From Octopus bimaculoides (lineage: Eukaryota), in assembly GCF_001194135.2 (NCBI RefSeq), contig NC_068994.1, forward strand, positions 18,253,705 through 18,301,745: DNA of 48,041 nucleotides, read 5' to 3'. This document shows, piece after piece, positions 1 to 10,661 of the stretch. The notes below the pieces were generated by a model that was given only the letters and a program-made list of their open reading frames with translations, ran no database searches and was not told the DNA's origin. The translations under genes and the position numbers were made by a program. Position 1 is the first letter of the stretch. Each line of letters starts with the position of its first letter.

Positions 1-70
1 ATTACAAATTATACCTTCCATAGGAATCGGCGATGTTAAAAATGTAATCTTCTCTTCAGGGAAATGCATG
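1..70 (-). ncRNA. Partial type I hammerhead ribozyme motif (mirror copy; 3' part lies outside the window)
   Basis: Reverse complement of 1-70 is identical to 151-220: stem I 5' strand, CUGAAGA core at 59-53 and most of stem II. The GAAA, stem III and cleavage site would fall left of base 1 and cannot be seen. Confidence 0.55.
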
Positions 71-220
71 GGAACCAACTTAAACGTAATAACCTTCTCT
101 AACTATAGTTCTCATATTCGGTTAAAATGTCTTATGTTTAAGTTGGCTCCCATGCATTTCCCTGAAGAGAAGATTACATTTTTAACATCGCCGATTCCTA
201 TGGAAGGTATAATTTGTAAT
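1..220. repeat. Long near-perfect inverted repeat (arms 1-89 and 132-220, about 42-nt spacer; left arm may continue beyond the window edge)
   Basis: Position p pairs with 221-p from 1 to 89; only two non-Watson-Crick positions (74/147, 86/135). Confidence 0.97.
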
Positions 221-251
221 CTTCGAAACATATGTTGGAAATAATAGTATG
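151..251 (+). ncRNA. Type I hammerhead ribozyme motif
   Basis: CUGAAGA core 162-168; 10-bp stem II 169-178/215-224 closed by G-C; GAA 225-227; stem III AC(auau)GU 228-235; H17 = U236; stem I 156-161/237-242 plus 151-155/247-251 around a 4-nt AAUA bulge. Confidence 0.8.
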
Positions 252-539
252 CAGTTAACAGATGCATTTTACTCCATTCCTTAAATTTATATATACTCAA
301 GTACCCAAAATATCAAGGAGTTTCTACTTCATAAACAGGAGTTACACCACAGTTATTTTGTGATCTTTGCTACCCTGGTATCTATTAACCAATTTATTTT
401 GTCCGAGTTATTTATTAATTAGGAGAAAATAAATACATATAATAAAAAAAAATATATATATATATGTACATATATATATACATATGCATATATATTACAT
501 TGGTAAGAAATTTCTTGGATAAGAAGGGATGACCACTAA

Positions 540-815
540 GTGGACATCCGATATGCTAGAAAGAGATCAATGCAAGCTGCATGTCAACTTGCAGTACAGT
601 TTGGTGTCTCCCGTGTCACAATCATCAACCACCTGCATTGTGTTCTAAAGCAAAACACTTTGTTGCTCCCATTCACTCAGCTGCAAGTGTGTGTCTCTGA
701 AAGAGACTGGCATCCTGCTTTGGAGGTATGTTGGCCCTCCCACCTACCAATGAATGATGCTATCATTTGAAGGCTACAGCCATGCAGTGGAGAGCATTGT
801 GACTAGCAGTGTATA
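540..815 (+). mobile_element. Highly degenerate, internally deleted mariner/Tc1 transposase remnant
   Basis: ORF segment QLAVQFGVSRVTIINHLH resembles the second HTH of mariner transposases; downstream sequence only loosely resembles the C-terminus. Confidence 0.4.
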
Positions 816-859
816 ACCACATCTGATCTATAACTACAGTGTACAACTACACCCAATAT

Positions 860-940
860 ATATATGTATATATTTGAATATATATATATATCTATGTTTG
901 TATATATGTACATGTATAAAATCACACACACACACACAAT

Positions 941-997
<57 letters not shown>

Positions 998-1135
998 TTC
1001 ATGCATATACATATATTTATATATACATGCATACACGCTCACACATCACACATATTTTTATTTACATATACACACTTTTAGACATAAATATATGTACACA
1101 GGTATACATACATATATGTGTGCTTACACACTCAT
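860..1135. repeat. Compound (TA)n/(CA)n microsatellite tract
   Basis: Pure (TA)n about 943-981, flanked by interrupted TA/CA repeats. Confidence 0.95.
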
Positions 1136-1391
1136 ATGAATAATTTTTAATCAGTTTCCCACCATTTTTCCATACTTGCATTGTTAGAAATTTTATTTGT
1201 TGCTTTTACATGTAGATGCCACTCAAAGATAATGTGAAGAATATAGCAAACTGTAGTAACTAGAACTAGGTGCCTTGCATATCGGTGTATAGTCAACTTT
1301 ATATTTATAACCACGTGGTCAGCAGTCCATTGAAATGAACTTATTGTATATCTTATAAACATAATATATGGGTCTGTATTAGTGTTGTGTA

Positions 1392-1590
1392 TCCCCAGAT
1401 CAGCCCTTCTTTAGTAGATGTATGATCGAAGACATTTCAACCATGACCATCCCGTCATTTTTTTTCGGATGCAGAGTATCTCGGACTATGATATACAATG
1501 CATCGTTATCCTTTTTGAAGATGGTATTATGTAATTTGAAAGAGATTCCACTACTATTTCTAGCAGGTTTAGAGACTTCAGAGACTCGTT
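1392..1590 (+). mobile_element. Interspersed repeat family X, unclassified (related segments near 27550-27620, 28390-28460, 32930-33115, 34590-34690, 36340-36510 rc, 43640-43840 rc)
   Basis: Shared motifs CCCCAG.TCAGCC...GATCAAAGACATT.CA.CCATGACC and TTTTAAGATGG...GATTTGA...GCTATTTCTAGCAGG across copies. Confidence 0.6.
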
Positions 1591-2828
1591 TGATGGTTCA
1601 CATCATGTGTTTATTTATGCTTGTGCGCATGTTTCTGTGTTTCTGTGAATATATATATATATATATATACATGTAGAAACTGGAAATGATAAAGGGAAAC
1701 ATTGTTGATAGATGACTGCCTTGATCATAACTATCTCAGATGTTTTCATTTTTTAAAAATTAAAATGAAAAAAAAGAAAGAAAAAGACAAATATTTTAAT
1801 ATTCTTTGGATTATAAGAAAAATGAAAAGAATTTTTTTTTGTTTTCTGATACTGGAAGTATTCTGTGCGTCTGCCAGCATTAAAATCTTCTGTAGGCTTC
1901 TATTTNNNNNNNNNNNNNNNNNNNNNNNNNNNNNNNNNNNNNNNNNNNNNNNNNNNNNNNNNNNNNNNNNNNNNNNNNNNNNNNNNNNNNNNNNNNNNNN
2001 NNNNNNNNNNNNNNNNNNNNNNNNNNNNNNNNNNNNNNNNNNNNNNNNNNNNNNNNNNNNNNNNNNNNNNNNNNNNNNNNNNNNNNNNNNNNNNNNNNNN
2101 NNNNNNNNNNNNNNNNNNNNNNNNNNNNNNNNNNNNNNNNNNNNNNNNNNNNNNNNNNNNNNNNNNNNNNNNNNNNNNNNNNNNNNNNNNNNNNNNNNNN
2201 NNNNNNNNNNNNNNNNNNNNNNNNNNNNNNNNNNNNNNNNNNNNNNNNNNNNNNNNNNNNNNNNNNNNNNNNNNNNNNNNNNNNNNNNNNNNNNNNNNNN
2301 NNNNNNNNNNNNNNNNNNNNNNNNNNNNNNNNNNNNNNNNNNNNNNNNNNNNNNNNNNNNTTTTTTTTTTTTTTTTTTTTCCTATTCAGCAGCTAACCTT
2401 GGAATTCGCCCTGTTATGAAATGCCAATAACATAATTCTTTTAAAGAGAATTTACCAAGTTGGCAAAATATCCAAATAACAATTTTTTCCTTTTCAAATG
2501 TAATGACAAAAAATAAATAAATAAAAAATAAAGATAAAAAATGAAAGGAAGAAGATAATTATGAACAACTGATGCAATTTACTAAGTGCAGTTCCAAAGT
2601 GGAAGGAACTATTTATAGAAATGGGCATTTTTCATCAAAGCTTCCATAAAAAAACATGTTATTAAATAAATCATATTTAGTTTAGTAAATATTTAAAAAA
2701 AAGTTTTTAACGATAAAAACACCAAGCTTCTATTGTGTTAATGATTATGATAATGGGCTGAATAATCATAATTATTATAATTATAACAATTACAATATGA
2801 GCTGAAAAAAAAAGCAGATGTCAGTTAA

Positions 2829-3042
2829 CCCTTTAGCATTTGAACCAGCCATATCTGGTCAAAATATTCTATCTGTTTTATATTCAAATGGTCAAGATCT
2901 GGCCTCTTACACCTACCCTACAATATCATTCTAAAAATAAACATCAATGAAATTTCAAAGCTACAAAATAATGTGTGATTAATTCAAAACAATGTGAATA
3001 AATAATTGTTAAATTTGACAAAGTAATCTGACTGATAAAGAG
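2829..3042. mobile_element. TTAA-flanked piggyBac-like MITE, family P1
   Basis: TTAA 2825-2828, then CCCTTTAGCATT; degenerate right end TAAAGAG followed by TTAA 3043-3046; internal sequence alignable to 11257-11471 and to the reverse complement of 20266-20485. Confidence 0.8.
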
Positions 3043-5102
3043 TTAAACTTGCTAAATAAACTATTGGTTTGCTTTTAAGTAAAAATCCAAATTAGTAAGA
3101 GTTCTTCCAATTTTATTAAAAGTCTGCTACAACAGAGATAAACTAGAATAGACACGGTTGTCACAACAAAAATTAATATCCATTTTGAAAATAAATATTC
3201 ATGTCATTACAAGAAGTAATTACAACACATCTACCCACTTCATTGTTAGATTGTTTCTAAAAAGTCTAATGGAACTTGCTTCATGTTTATTTTTGCAATA
3301 ACTATTCCTCAAGGAATAGTTATTGTAATTTGAAATTTCATGAGGGATGCAAATTAGCAAACATAACAAAATATTTTGGTCAAATATGTTTGGGTCAGAT
3401 TTTGAAATTCACTTCACTGGAAGCTAATAAAATAAGTACCTATAATATACTCTTGACTAGCATTACATGCATTTAACCCCTGTAAAATATGACTCTGTGT
3501 TATATCAAAAGAAATCAATATTTGATATTTTGAAATTAGTGTAACACATGATGCAATGTAGATTACAGTGTTTGTAAAATATAAAAGAGAAAAAAAAAAA
3601 TACTACCCCCAACCACTACCATCACAAAAAGAGTGGAATATCTTATTCAAGAACTTAACTTTTGACTGAATTGTGTCTGATATTTTCTGTGGGAAACTAT
3701 TCCTAAATTATAGAAGATAAACTGTTATAGAAGGTTAAAAGTTTAAGATGTTATATCTTCGAAATAAAATTATAAAGGAAACTAAAATGTTATTAGCCAG
3801 CCTGTAGAAGGTCTGACATACAAAATTTAATCAAATAATAAACAAGAAAACCCATTATATATATAGCACCGAGGGTTATGAAGTACAAAAAAAAAAAAAA
3901 AGAAAAAAGAAAGGAAAATGCAGTAAATGATAAGAGATGTTGACTAAAAGTTAAAGGCTGATAGCAATTGTAACTTTAGAATCAAATATCATACATCAAA
4001 GTTGGTAAATATCTATTGTCTATATCTAATTTCAGAACTTTTGGTTCAAGAAGTTCTTTCACAACATTCAAAGCAACATTGAAGATAGACCAAGAAAAAT
4101 ACCAAAACTATATTTAGACCATTCTGTGGTGGAATTAAAGAATAAATGAAAACAATTTGACTGAAGACCTGCAGTGCATACTGTTTTTACTTCAAAGAGG
4201 TTTCATAAATGATTTTCTTTTCCATTTATTTAGTAATTTTTGTGTTTCATCTATTACTATGTATCAGGTTGTTCTGCCTTGCCATAGATATTTAGCCTGT
4301 ATTTTCTACTAAGGCAAAATTGTCTGCAGAAGAAAAAAAACCCAAACTAGATTATTTAGGTAATTTATATTTATCTATTAATCAAATTCTTTTCTTTAAA
4401 GTTTAGGTTATGTAGGATTTTAGATACTGCTGAGATAGTACAGATTTTGCTTAAAATCATAACACTATTCAGTTTTATATGTCCAGATTTCTACAGATCT
4501 TAATGTAGTGAATTATGGAAAAAAAATACAGGAGGTAAACTTAGCACAAGAAGTTAAAGGACACATCTCACTTTTACAGTGGTACTATTACTTATAGTGT
4601 CAAACTATATGGTCTTATATTTAAAAACTGAGAATTCTGATTAGTGTGGAGTTCCTCTGAATGAAATGTTTTGGCCAAAATATATTCATATATTTCTATT
4701 TAAAATATAGGAAATGAAACATTTAAAATGAATGCTTCAGTTCTAAAGGAAACATTTAAAATGGCTTTACTTCAAATTTTTTAAATTTAAAATGAAACAA
4801 TTTTTAATGTTTCATTCAAAATTAAAACATCTTAAATGTTTCAATTTTTCATGTATGTATTGAGCAAAGTTTATAATAAAATTGTTTTAATTTTAGATCT
4901 GTAGATACGATATTAATAATTTCTTACAAAAGCCTTAAGGCTACATGCTTGAAGGAATGAGTAAAGTCAATTTAATTGACTCAGTACTTCACTAGAAACT
5001 CATTTTATTGATCCCAGATGGATGAAAGACAAGTTGAAATTTGAAATCAGAACAGAAAATATCACGTTCTCTATATATGTTATATAAGCATACATATAGA
5101 AT

Positions 5103-5135
<33 letters not shown>

Positions 5136-5149
5136 ATACAATGTATGAA

Positions 5150-5800
5150 TGTGAATGTCTCAACGTTTTGTCAAATGGGTTTTTAGGTATTCTTCTTACA
5201 GCATTTTTGAAGTGGTTGAAACTTGTTTGTTCAACATCAGTCTATATTCTTCTCTCAAGTATTTACTTCTTTCAGAAAATTTGTGTTAATCCATTGTCTT
5301 CTGGGTGCAGCTTTTCTTCAGCTGACCTTCAATACCTTACTTTAACATCCAATATGGTCCGTTTGGTTTCCAGGCTTACCATCAGATGCTTTCCTTGCTG
5401 CATTGTGCACTCATTTATGTGGGAAGAATTTTCATCCAATGAAGTTCATAGGCTGCTCTCCTTAGCTAAATCCCTGTGTCCATGCTGAATTTTGCATTGA
5501 TGTTTTCCACCAGGATGTTAATGATCTTCTCATGGAACTTATTGTGGACAGTGTGCATTCTCTCACAAAACAGGTATTTACCTCTTTATCTTAATAATCC
5601 TAAGTTTTGCAATGACGATTATAGGTTCATAGATTTCTTATCCTGGGTAAACTCTGAGTCAGAGAGAATGGCAACAGTGCAATGCTTGCCAGTAATGGGT
5701 ATCTGCTTCCACTTGACATCGACTCTCCCTATTGCAGTCTTTTCTACCCCCATTTTGTCCATCTTTCAGAGTCCAATTAGAGAGAGAGATTACATAGTTT
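5150..5800 (-). mobile_element. Degenerate Penelope-like RT C-terminal (thumb) remnant
   Basis: Minus-strand fragments INILVENINAKFS and SAEEKLHPEDNGLTQIF*K-KY resemble the PLE thumb pattern FLDILV....G...T and CS...L..E...L..IF..N.YP; many stops and frameshifts. Confidence 0.4.
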
Positions 5801-6030
5801 CATATCCACTACAGCTATAGCTATTTTTCCAGCCAGCCAACCTCATAGATAGTCTTTAAGTTCTGAGTAATGAAGGTCAAAGGAACCCTGGTCATCATCC
5901 ATGTAGTTTCCAAGAATTGCCAACTTTCACCATTCAGTGATATTTTCCTCTTTGGAGGAAAACCTTTTCTACTAAGGAGGAGTATATTATTATTATAAGA
6001 CTTAGCAGAGATATGGGTAAAACAAAATAG

Positions 6031-6200
6031 ATCATCATCATCATCCTCATAAGACTGCTTCCCATGCTGGCATAGGTTGGACAGGCCATCACCACCCAGG
6101 TCATATTGGGAATCACTGCTCTCATATCATTTGGCCTGGTTTCTACTGTTGGATGTCTTTAGTACTAGTCAGGTTATATAGAGTGTATGAGGAACATTTT
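6031..6200 (-). mobile_element. Family C repeat (RTE 3'-UTR-like, (ATG)n tail)
   Basis: (CAT)n followed by CCCATGCTGGCATAGGTTGGAC...TTTCTAC..TTGGATG, as in other family C copies. Confidence 0.65.
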
Positions 6201-6698
6201 CTTGTGGCCCCAAATGCTAGAAAGGCTGAATAATCTGTGGTGATAAAAGACTATAGGGACCTCACAAATCAACATTTTTCTTTACTCATTTGTCAACCAA
6301 TTCACAATTTACTGGGTATAATTTTCATGGCATCAGCACTAATCTCACTCACCATTCACTTGTAGAGGGAGTGTGGTGAGCCTATCTCATATGCTGTATT
6401 CTGCATAAAACAGATATTGTTTAATGAATAATGAACTGTTAGAAGCACAAATATGCAAATTAGGTTGTCAACTAATGTGCTAGCCTAATTCATGACTTTA
6501 TATAGCAGCTCACCAGTCATATATGGAGATTAAAAGTATGGAAGTTGTAAAGATAATTTATGGACACCCTGAGTGTGTGTGTGTGTGTGTGTATTAATGC
6601 TTGTTTTTATGTTGAGTTATAATAAAAAAAATTACAGTAATCTGATGGGTTACTCTATACTTTTGTAGAGTACAAGTTTATTATTCTTATACAAGAAT

Positions 6699-6770
6699 GT
6701 TGTTGACAGTGACTTCAAAGCTTCAGCAGTCCAATGATGACTTAGCTGGCTGAAACTTCAAGGTTACTGT

Positions 6771-6777
<7 letters not shown>
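6699..6777. repeat. Imperfect 79-nt hairpin
   Basis: GTTGTTGACAGTGAC (6699-6713) pairs with GTTACTGTCAACAAC (6763-6777) with one G.T; inner TTCAGC/GCTGAA and AGTC/GACT pairs. Confidence 0.7.
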
Positions 6778-6806
<29 letters not shown>

Positions 6807-7881
6807 NNNNNNNNNNNNNNNNNNNNNNNNNNNNNNNNNNNNNNNNNNNNNNNNNNNNNNNNNNNNNNNNNNNNNNNNNNNNNNNNNNNNNNNNNNNNNN
6901 NNNNNNNNNNNNNNNNNNNNNNNNNNNNNNNNNNNNNNNNNNNNNNNNNNNNNNNNNNNNNNNNNNNNNNNNNNNNNNNNNNNNNNNNNNNNNNNNNNNN
7001 NNNNNNNNNNNNNNNNNNNNNNNNNNNNNNNNNNNNNNNNNNNNNNNNNNNNNNNNNNNNNNNNNNNNNNNNNNNNNNNNNNNNNNNNNNNNNNNNNNNN
7101 NNNNNNNNNNNNNNNNNNNNNNNNNNNNNNNNNNNNNNNNNNNNNNNNNNNNNNNNNNNNNNNNNNNNNNNNNNNNNNNNNNNNNNNNNNNNNNNNNNNN
7201 NNNNNNNNNNNNNNNNNNNNNNNNNNNNNNNNNNNNNNNNNNNNNNNNNNNNNNNNNNNNNNNNNNNNNNNNNNNNNNNNNNNNNNNNNNNNNNNNNNNN
7301 NNNNNNNNNNNNNNNNNNNNNNNNNNNNNNNNNNNNNNNNNNNNNNNNNNNNNNNNNNNNNNNNNNNNNNNNNNNNNNNNNNNNNNNNNNNNNNNNNNNN
7401 NNNNNNNNNNNNNNNNNNNNNNNNNNNNNNNNNNNNNNNNNNNNNNNNNNNNNNNNNNNNNNNNNNNNNNNNNNNNNNNNNNNNNNNNNNNNNNNNNNNN
7501 NNNNNNNNNNNNNNNNNNNNNNNNNNNNNNNNNNNNNNNNNNNNNNNNNNNNNNNNNNNNNNNNNNNNNNNNNNNNNNNNNNNNNNNNNNNNNNNNNNNN
7601 NNNNNNNNNNNNNNNNNNNNNNNNNNNNNNNNNNNNTGTGTGTGTGTGCATCTGGGTTTTTTTTTTTTAATCTTCAGTTGACTTTGTGTGATAGCTGTAA
7701 ATGAGGGCTACTGTCATACATGCCGTAGTCTTCATGTACGATACCTATGGGGAAATATTACTTAGTCAGAAACAGGTGAGGTTTTATAATTAGGAGGGCA
7801 TCTGGGCATAGAAAATCTGCCTCACCCAAATGAAATTATTATCATCATCATCATCATCATAAATGTATAATGATATATATA

Positions 7882-8120
7882 TACTTTTATTCTTTTACTT
7901 GTTTCAGTCATTTGACTGTGGCCATGCTGGAGCACCACCTTAAAGGGTTCAGTCAAAGAAATTGACCCCAGGACTTATTCTTTGTAAGTCTAGTGCTTAT
8001 TTGATTGGTGTCTTTTGCTGAACTGCTAGGTTATGGGGTCATAAATGCACCAGCATTGGTTGTTAAGTGATGGCGAGTGGAAAAACACAGACACTAAATA
8101 CATACACACATATATATATG
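7882..8120 (-). mobile_element. SINE family B, 3' half
   Basis: TTTTACTTGTTTCAGTCATTTGACTGTGGCCATGCTGGAGCACC tail matches the young copy at 46131-46465. Confidence 0.85.
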
Positions 8121-8124
8121 TATG

Positions 8125-9995
8125 TATAGCACCTGAGCATTTGCCGCATACACAAAATATCTTCCCAGTTAGCCTCCCTTTAATATTGCTGCATCTCTTA
8201 TGTGTCCATAGCTTACACTTCATTTCCTGTTGCTCCAATTCATTCAGCTATAAATGACTAACCCTGTGATAATCTGGCATCTTATGGAGTTTCTACCTAT
8301 GCCTTTTCTACAGATCGAGCAGGGCCATCTAACTGAAGGGATTTGTGGTTTGTCTGCCTTCCTACTTATTAAGACTCTGGTTTTAGCTAGGTTGACTCTA
8401 AGACCCTTCGATTCTAATCCTTGCTCCCACAACTGAAACATTTCCTGTAGTTCTGATAGTGACTCAGCAATTAGAGGTAAGGTCATCAGCATAAAGGAGC
8501 TCCCAGGGGCATCCTGTCTTGAATTCCTCTGTTATTGCCTGGAGGACTATGATGAATAAGAGGGGGATGAGGACAGATCCTTGGTGGACCCCTACCTCTA
8601 CTCGGAATCCTGCACTGTACTCGTTGCCAACCCTCACCTTACTGATAGCATCCCTGTACATGGCTTGCACAGCTCTCACTAACCATTCATCTATCCCTAG
8701 TGGTGTCTCCAAACCTCTCTCTTTGCAGCCTCGTTTAGTGCAAGTGAACTATCATCCATGTNNNNNNNNNNNNNNNNNNNNNNNNNNNNNNNNNNNNNNN
8801 NNNNNNNNNNNNNNNNNNNNNNNNNNNGCACTGTACTCGTTGCCAACCCTCACCTTACTGATAGCATCCCTGTACATGGCTTGCACAGCTCTCACTAACC
8901 ATTCATCTATCCCTAGTGGTGTCTCCAAACCTCTCTCTTTGCAGCCTCGTTTAGTGCAAGTGAACTATCATCCATGTGGACACATTTCTCTCCTCCGACA
9001 TCACAATTCTCTCTCACATACTGTCTTGTAACACGAAATACCTCAAGTCTTTGGTCCTCATGGCACAGAACTTTGGTAAATTTTTTCTTATCTGCTTCCA
9101 CTCTAGCTAAATAAACCTGCCTCCTAGCTTCCCTTCTGGCAGTCTGATACAATTCCCTGCTACCATCATTCTTCCAGTCCTTCCAAGCCTGTTTCTTTTC
9201 TCTAATAGCCCTGTCAACAACATTGTTCCACCACTACGTTACCTTGGGTCAAGAGGGGACTTTGCACCATCCACAGATCTGGTCAGTGGCCCTCAGCATG
9301 TTGTCCCATAGAAACCTCCAGTTGTCTTCCCCATCATGTGATGCTATATCCCCTTCTATTTCGTCAAAGGCTTCAAGTAATATGTCTCTAAATCTGTCCA
9401 TTCACAGGATCTTTAAGTTTCCAGACCCTTCTCCTCCATGCTTTCATCTTCTGGGCATCCATTTAGTCCTGATCCTGAAGTCACTAACTACTAGTTGTGG
9501 GGTACATTCTTCATCTGGGAAGGTTTTGGCATTTATAAGCAGCCATCTTTCCCCTTTTTCTGGCGAGCATGTAGTCAATTTGGCTAGCGTGTCTGCCAGA
9601 ATGGTAGGTGACAAGGTGAGTGGCAGGTTTCCTGAAGTTAGTATTGCAAGCCATAAGATCATTTGCATCGCAGAACTCCAGCAGCCTGGTTCCCTCCTCG
9701 CTGTGGGAACCAAAACCATAGCCTCCATATATGCCATCGAAGCCCTCTGCATGTTGTCCAACATGTCCATTGAAGTCACCAGCCACATAGAGAAGGTCCC
9801 TGTCATTTGTCAACAAGGTAGTCTGCAAGAGGGTGTCATAAAATCAGTCTTTCTGTCAATCAGGTAACCCTGGCTGAGGGGCATAAGCCGAGATAATGGT
9901 TGCTAATCCATGATGAAGCACTAATCTAATCTTCAATATTCTGTTACATACTCTGACTACCTTGATTACCTTATCAACCCATTTCTCCACAAGAA
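8125..9995 (-). mobile_element. RTE-clade LINE, dead copy (APE endonuclease, RT, Cys/His finger), internally deleted
   Basis: Endonuclease motifs IISAYAPQ, VAGDFNGHVG, SQIDYML; RT motifs GVHQGSVL.PLLF and ELLYADDL; GLRVNLAKT; frameshifts and stops throughout. Confidence 0.93.
8612..8977. repeat. Identical 150-bp direct duplication (8612-8761 = 8828-8977) flanking a 66-N gap; probable assembly artefact
   Basis: Copies look base-identical and abut the gap exactly on both sides. Confidence 0.85.
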
Positions 9996-10193
9996 NNNNN
10001 NNNNNNNNNNNNNNNNNNNNNNNNNNNNNNNNNNNNNNNNNNNNNNNNNNNNNNNNNNNNNNNNNNNNNNNNNNNNNNNNNNNNNNNNNNNNNNNTATAT
10101 ATATACACACATATTTATATATATATACATTTGTATATATATATATTTGTATTTGTAAATATATATTTATATATATATATTTATATATATATA

Positions 10194-10330
10194 TCATCAT
10201 CAGCAACGTCGTTTAACGTCCGCCGTCCATGGGTGGGATGATTTTACTGAGGACTGGTGAACCAGATGGCTGCACCAGGCTCCAATCTGATCTGGCAGAG
10301 TTTCTACAGCTGGATGCCCTTCCTAACGCC
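10194..10330 (-). mobile_element. Family C repeat
   Basis: (CAT)n...TTTAACGTCCG...TTTCTACAGCTGGATGCCCTTCCTAACGCCAA. Confidence 0.85.
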
Positions 10331-10517
10331 AATATATATAAGTATTGTGATTGGCTTCAAGCATTGTAATGATGTAAATGGTTTTAAAGAAGATGTTTAA
10401 GCAATTCAGGCAAGAAATTAGGCAAAATCTGCAAGGTGATAAATAAATAAGAAAAAGACCAGATGTTCTGTCATTCTACTTTGGTTGTTTAATACTTCTA
10501 TTCTATTTTGAGATATG

Positions 10518-10661
10518 TTCCTTTCATCAAATACAAGAGAAAAAATAATCTAAGACTCTGGAGATAAAGTATTATCTGCAGGCCATTTTGGTGTAATGTG
10601 CCAATAATAATGCTTTTTATTCTAACTATTGCATTATTTTCTCTTGTATTTGATAAAGGAA
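10518..10661. repeat. Inverted repeat with about 30-bp arms and 83-nt spacer
   Basis: Arms 10518-10549 and 10633-10661; 18-bp perfect core ATCAAATACAAGAGAAAA / TTTTCTCTTGTATTTGAT. Confidence 0.85.

Noticed and set aside
803-1143. ORFs rich in YI/IY/HT/CV here and at 23848-24358, 25403-25645, 28026-28415, 37525-38074, 41552-42574
   Set aside because: Translations of (TA)n/(CA)n microsatellites or of N runs; not genes.
6253-6571. Possible Tc1/mariner MITE ending in TTTATGGACACCCTG
   Set aside because: Only one convincing TIR; the putative left end matches poorly.
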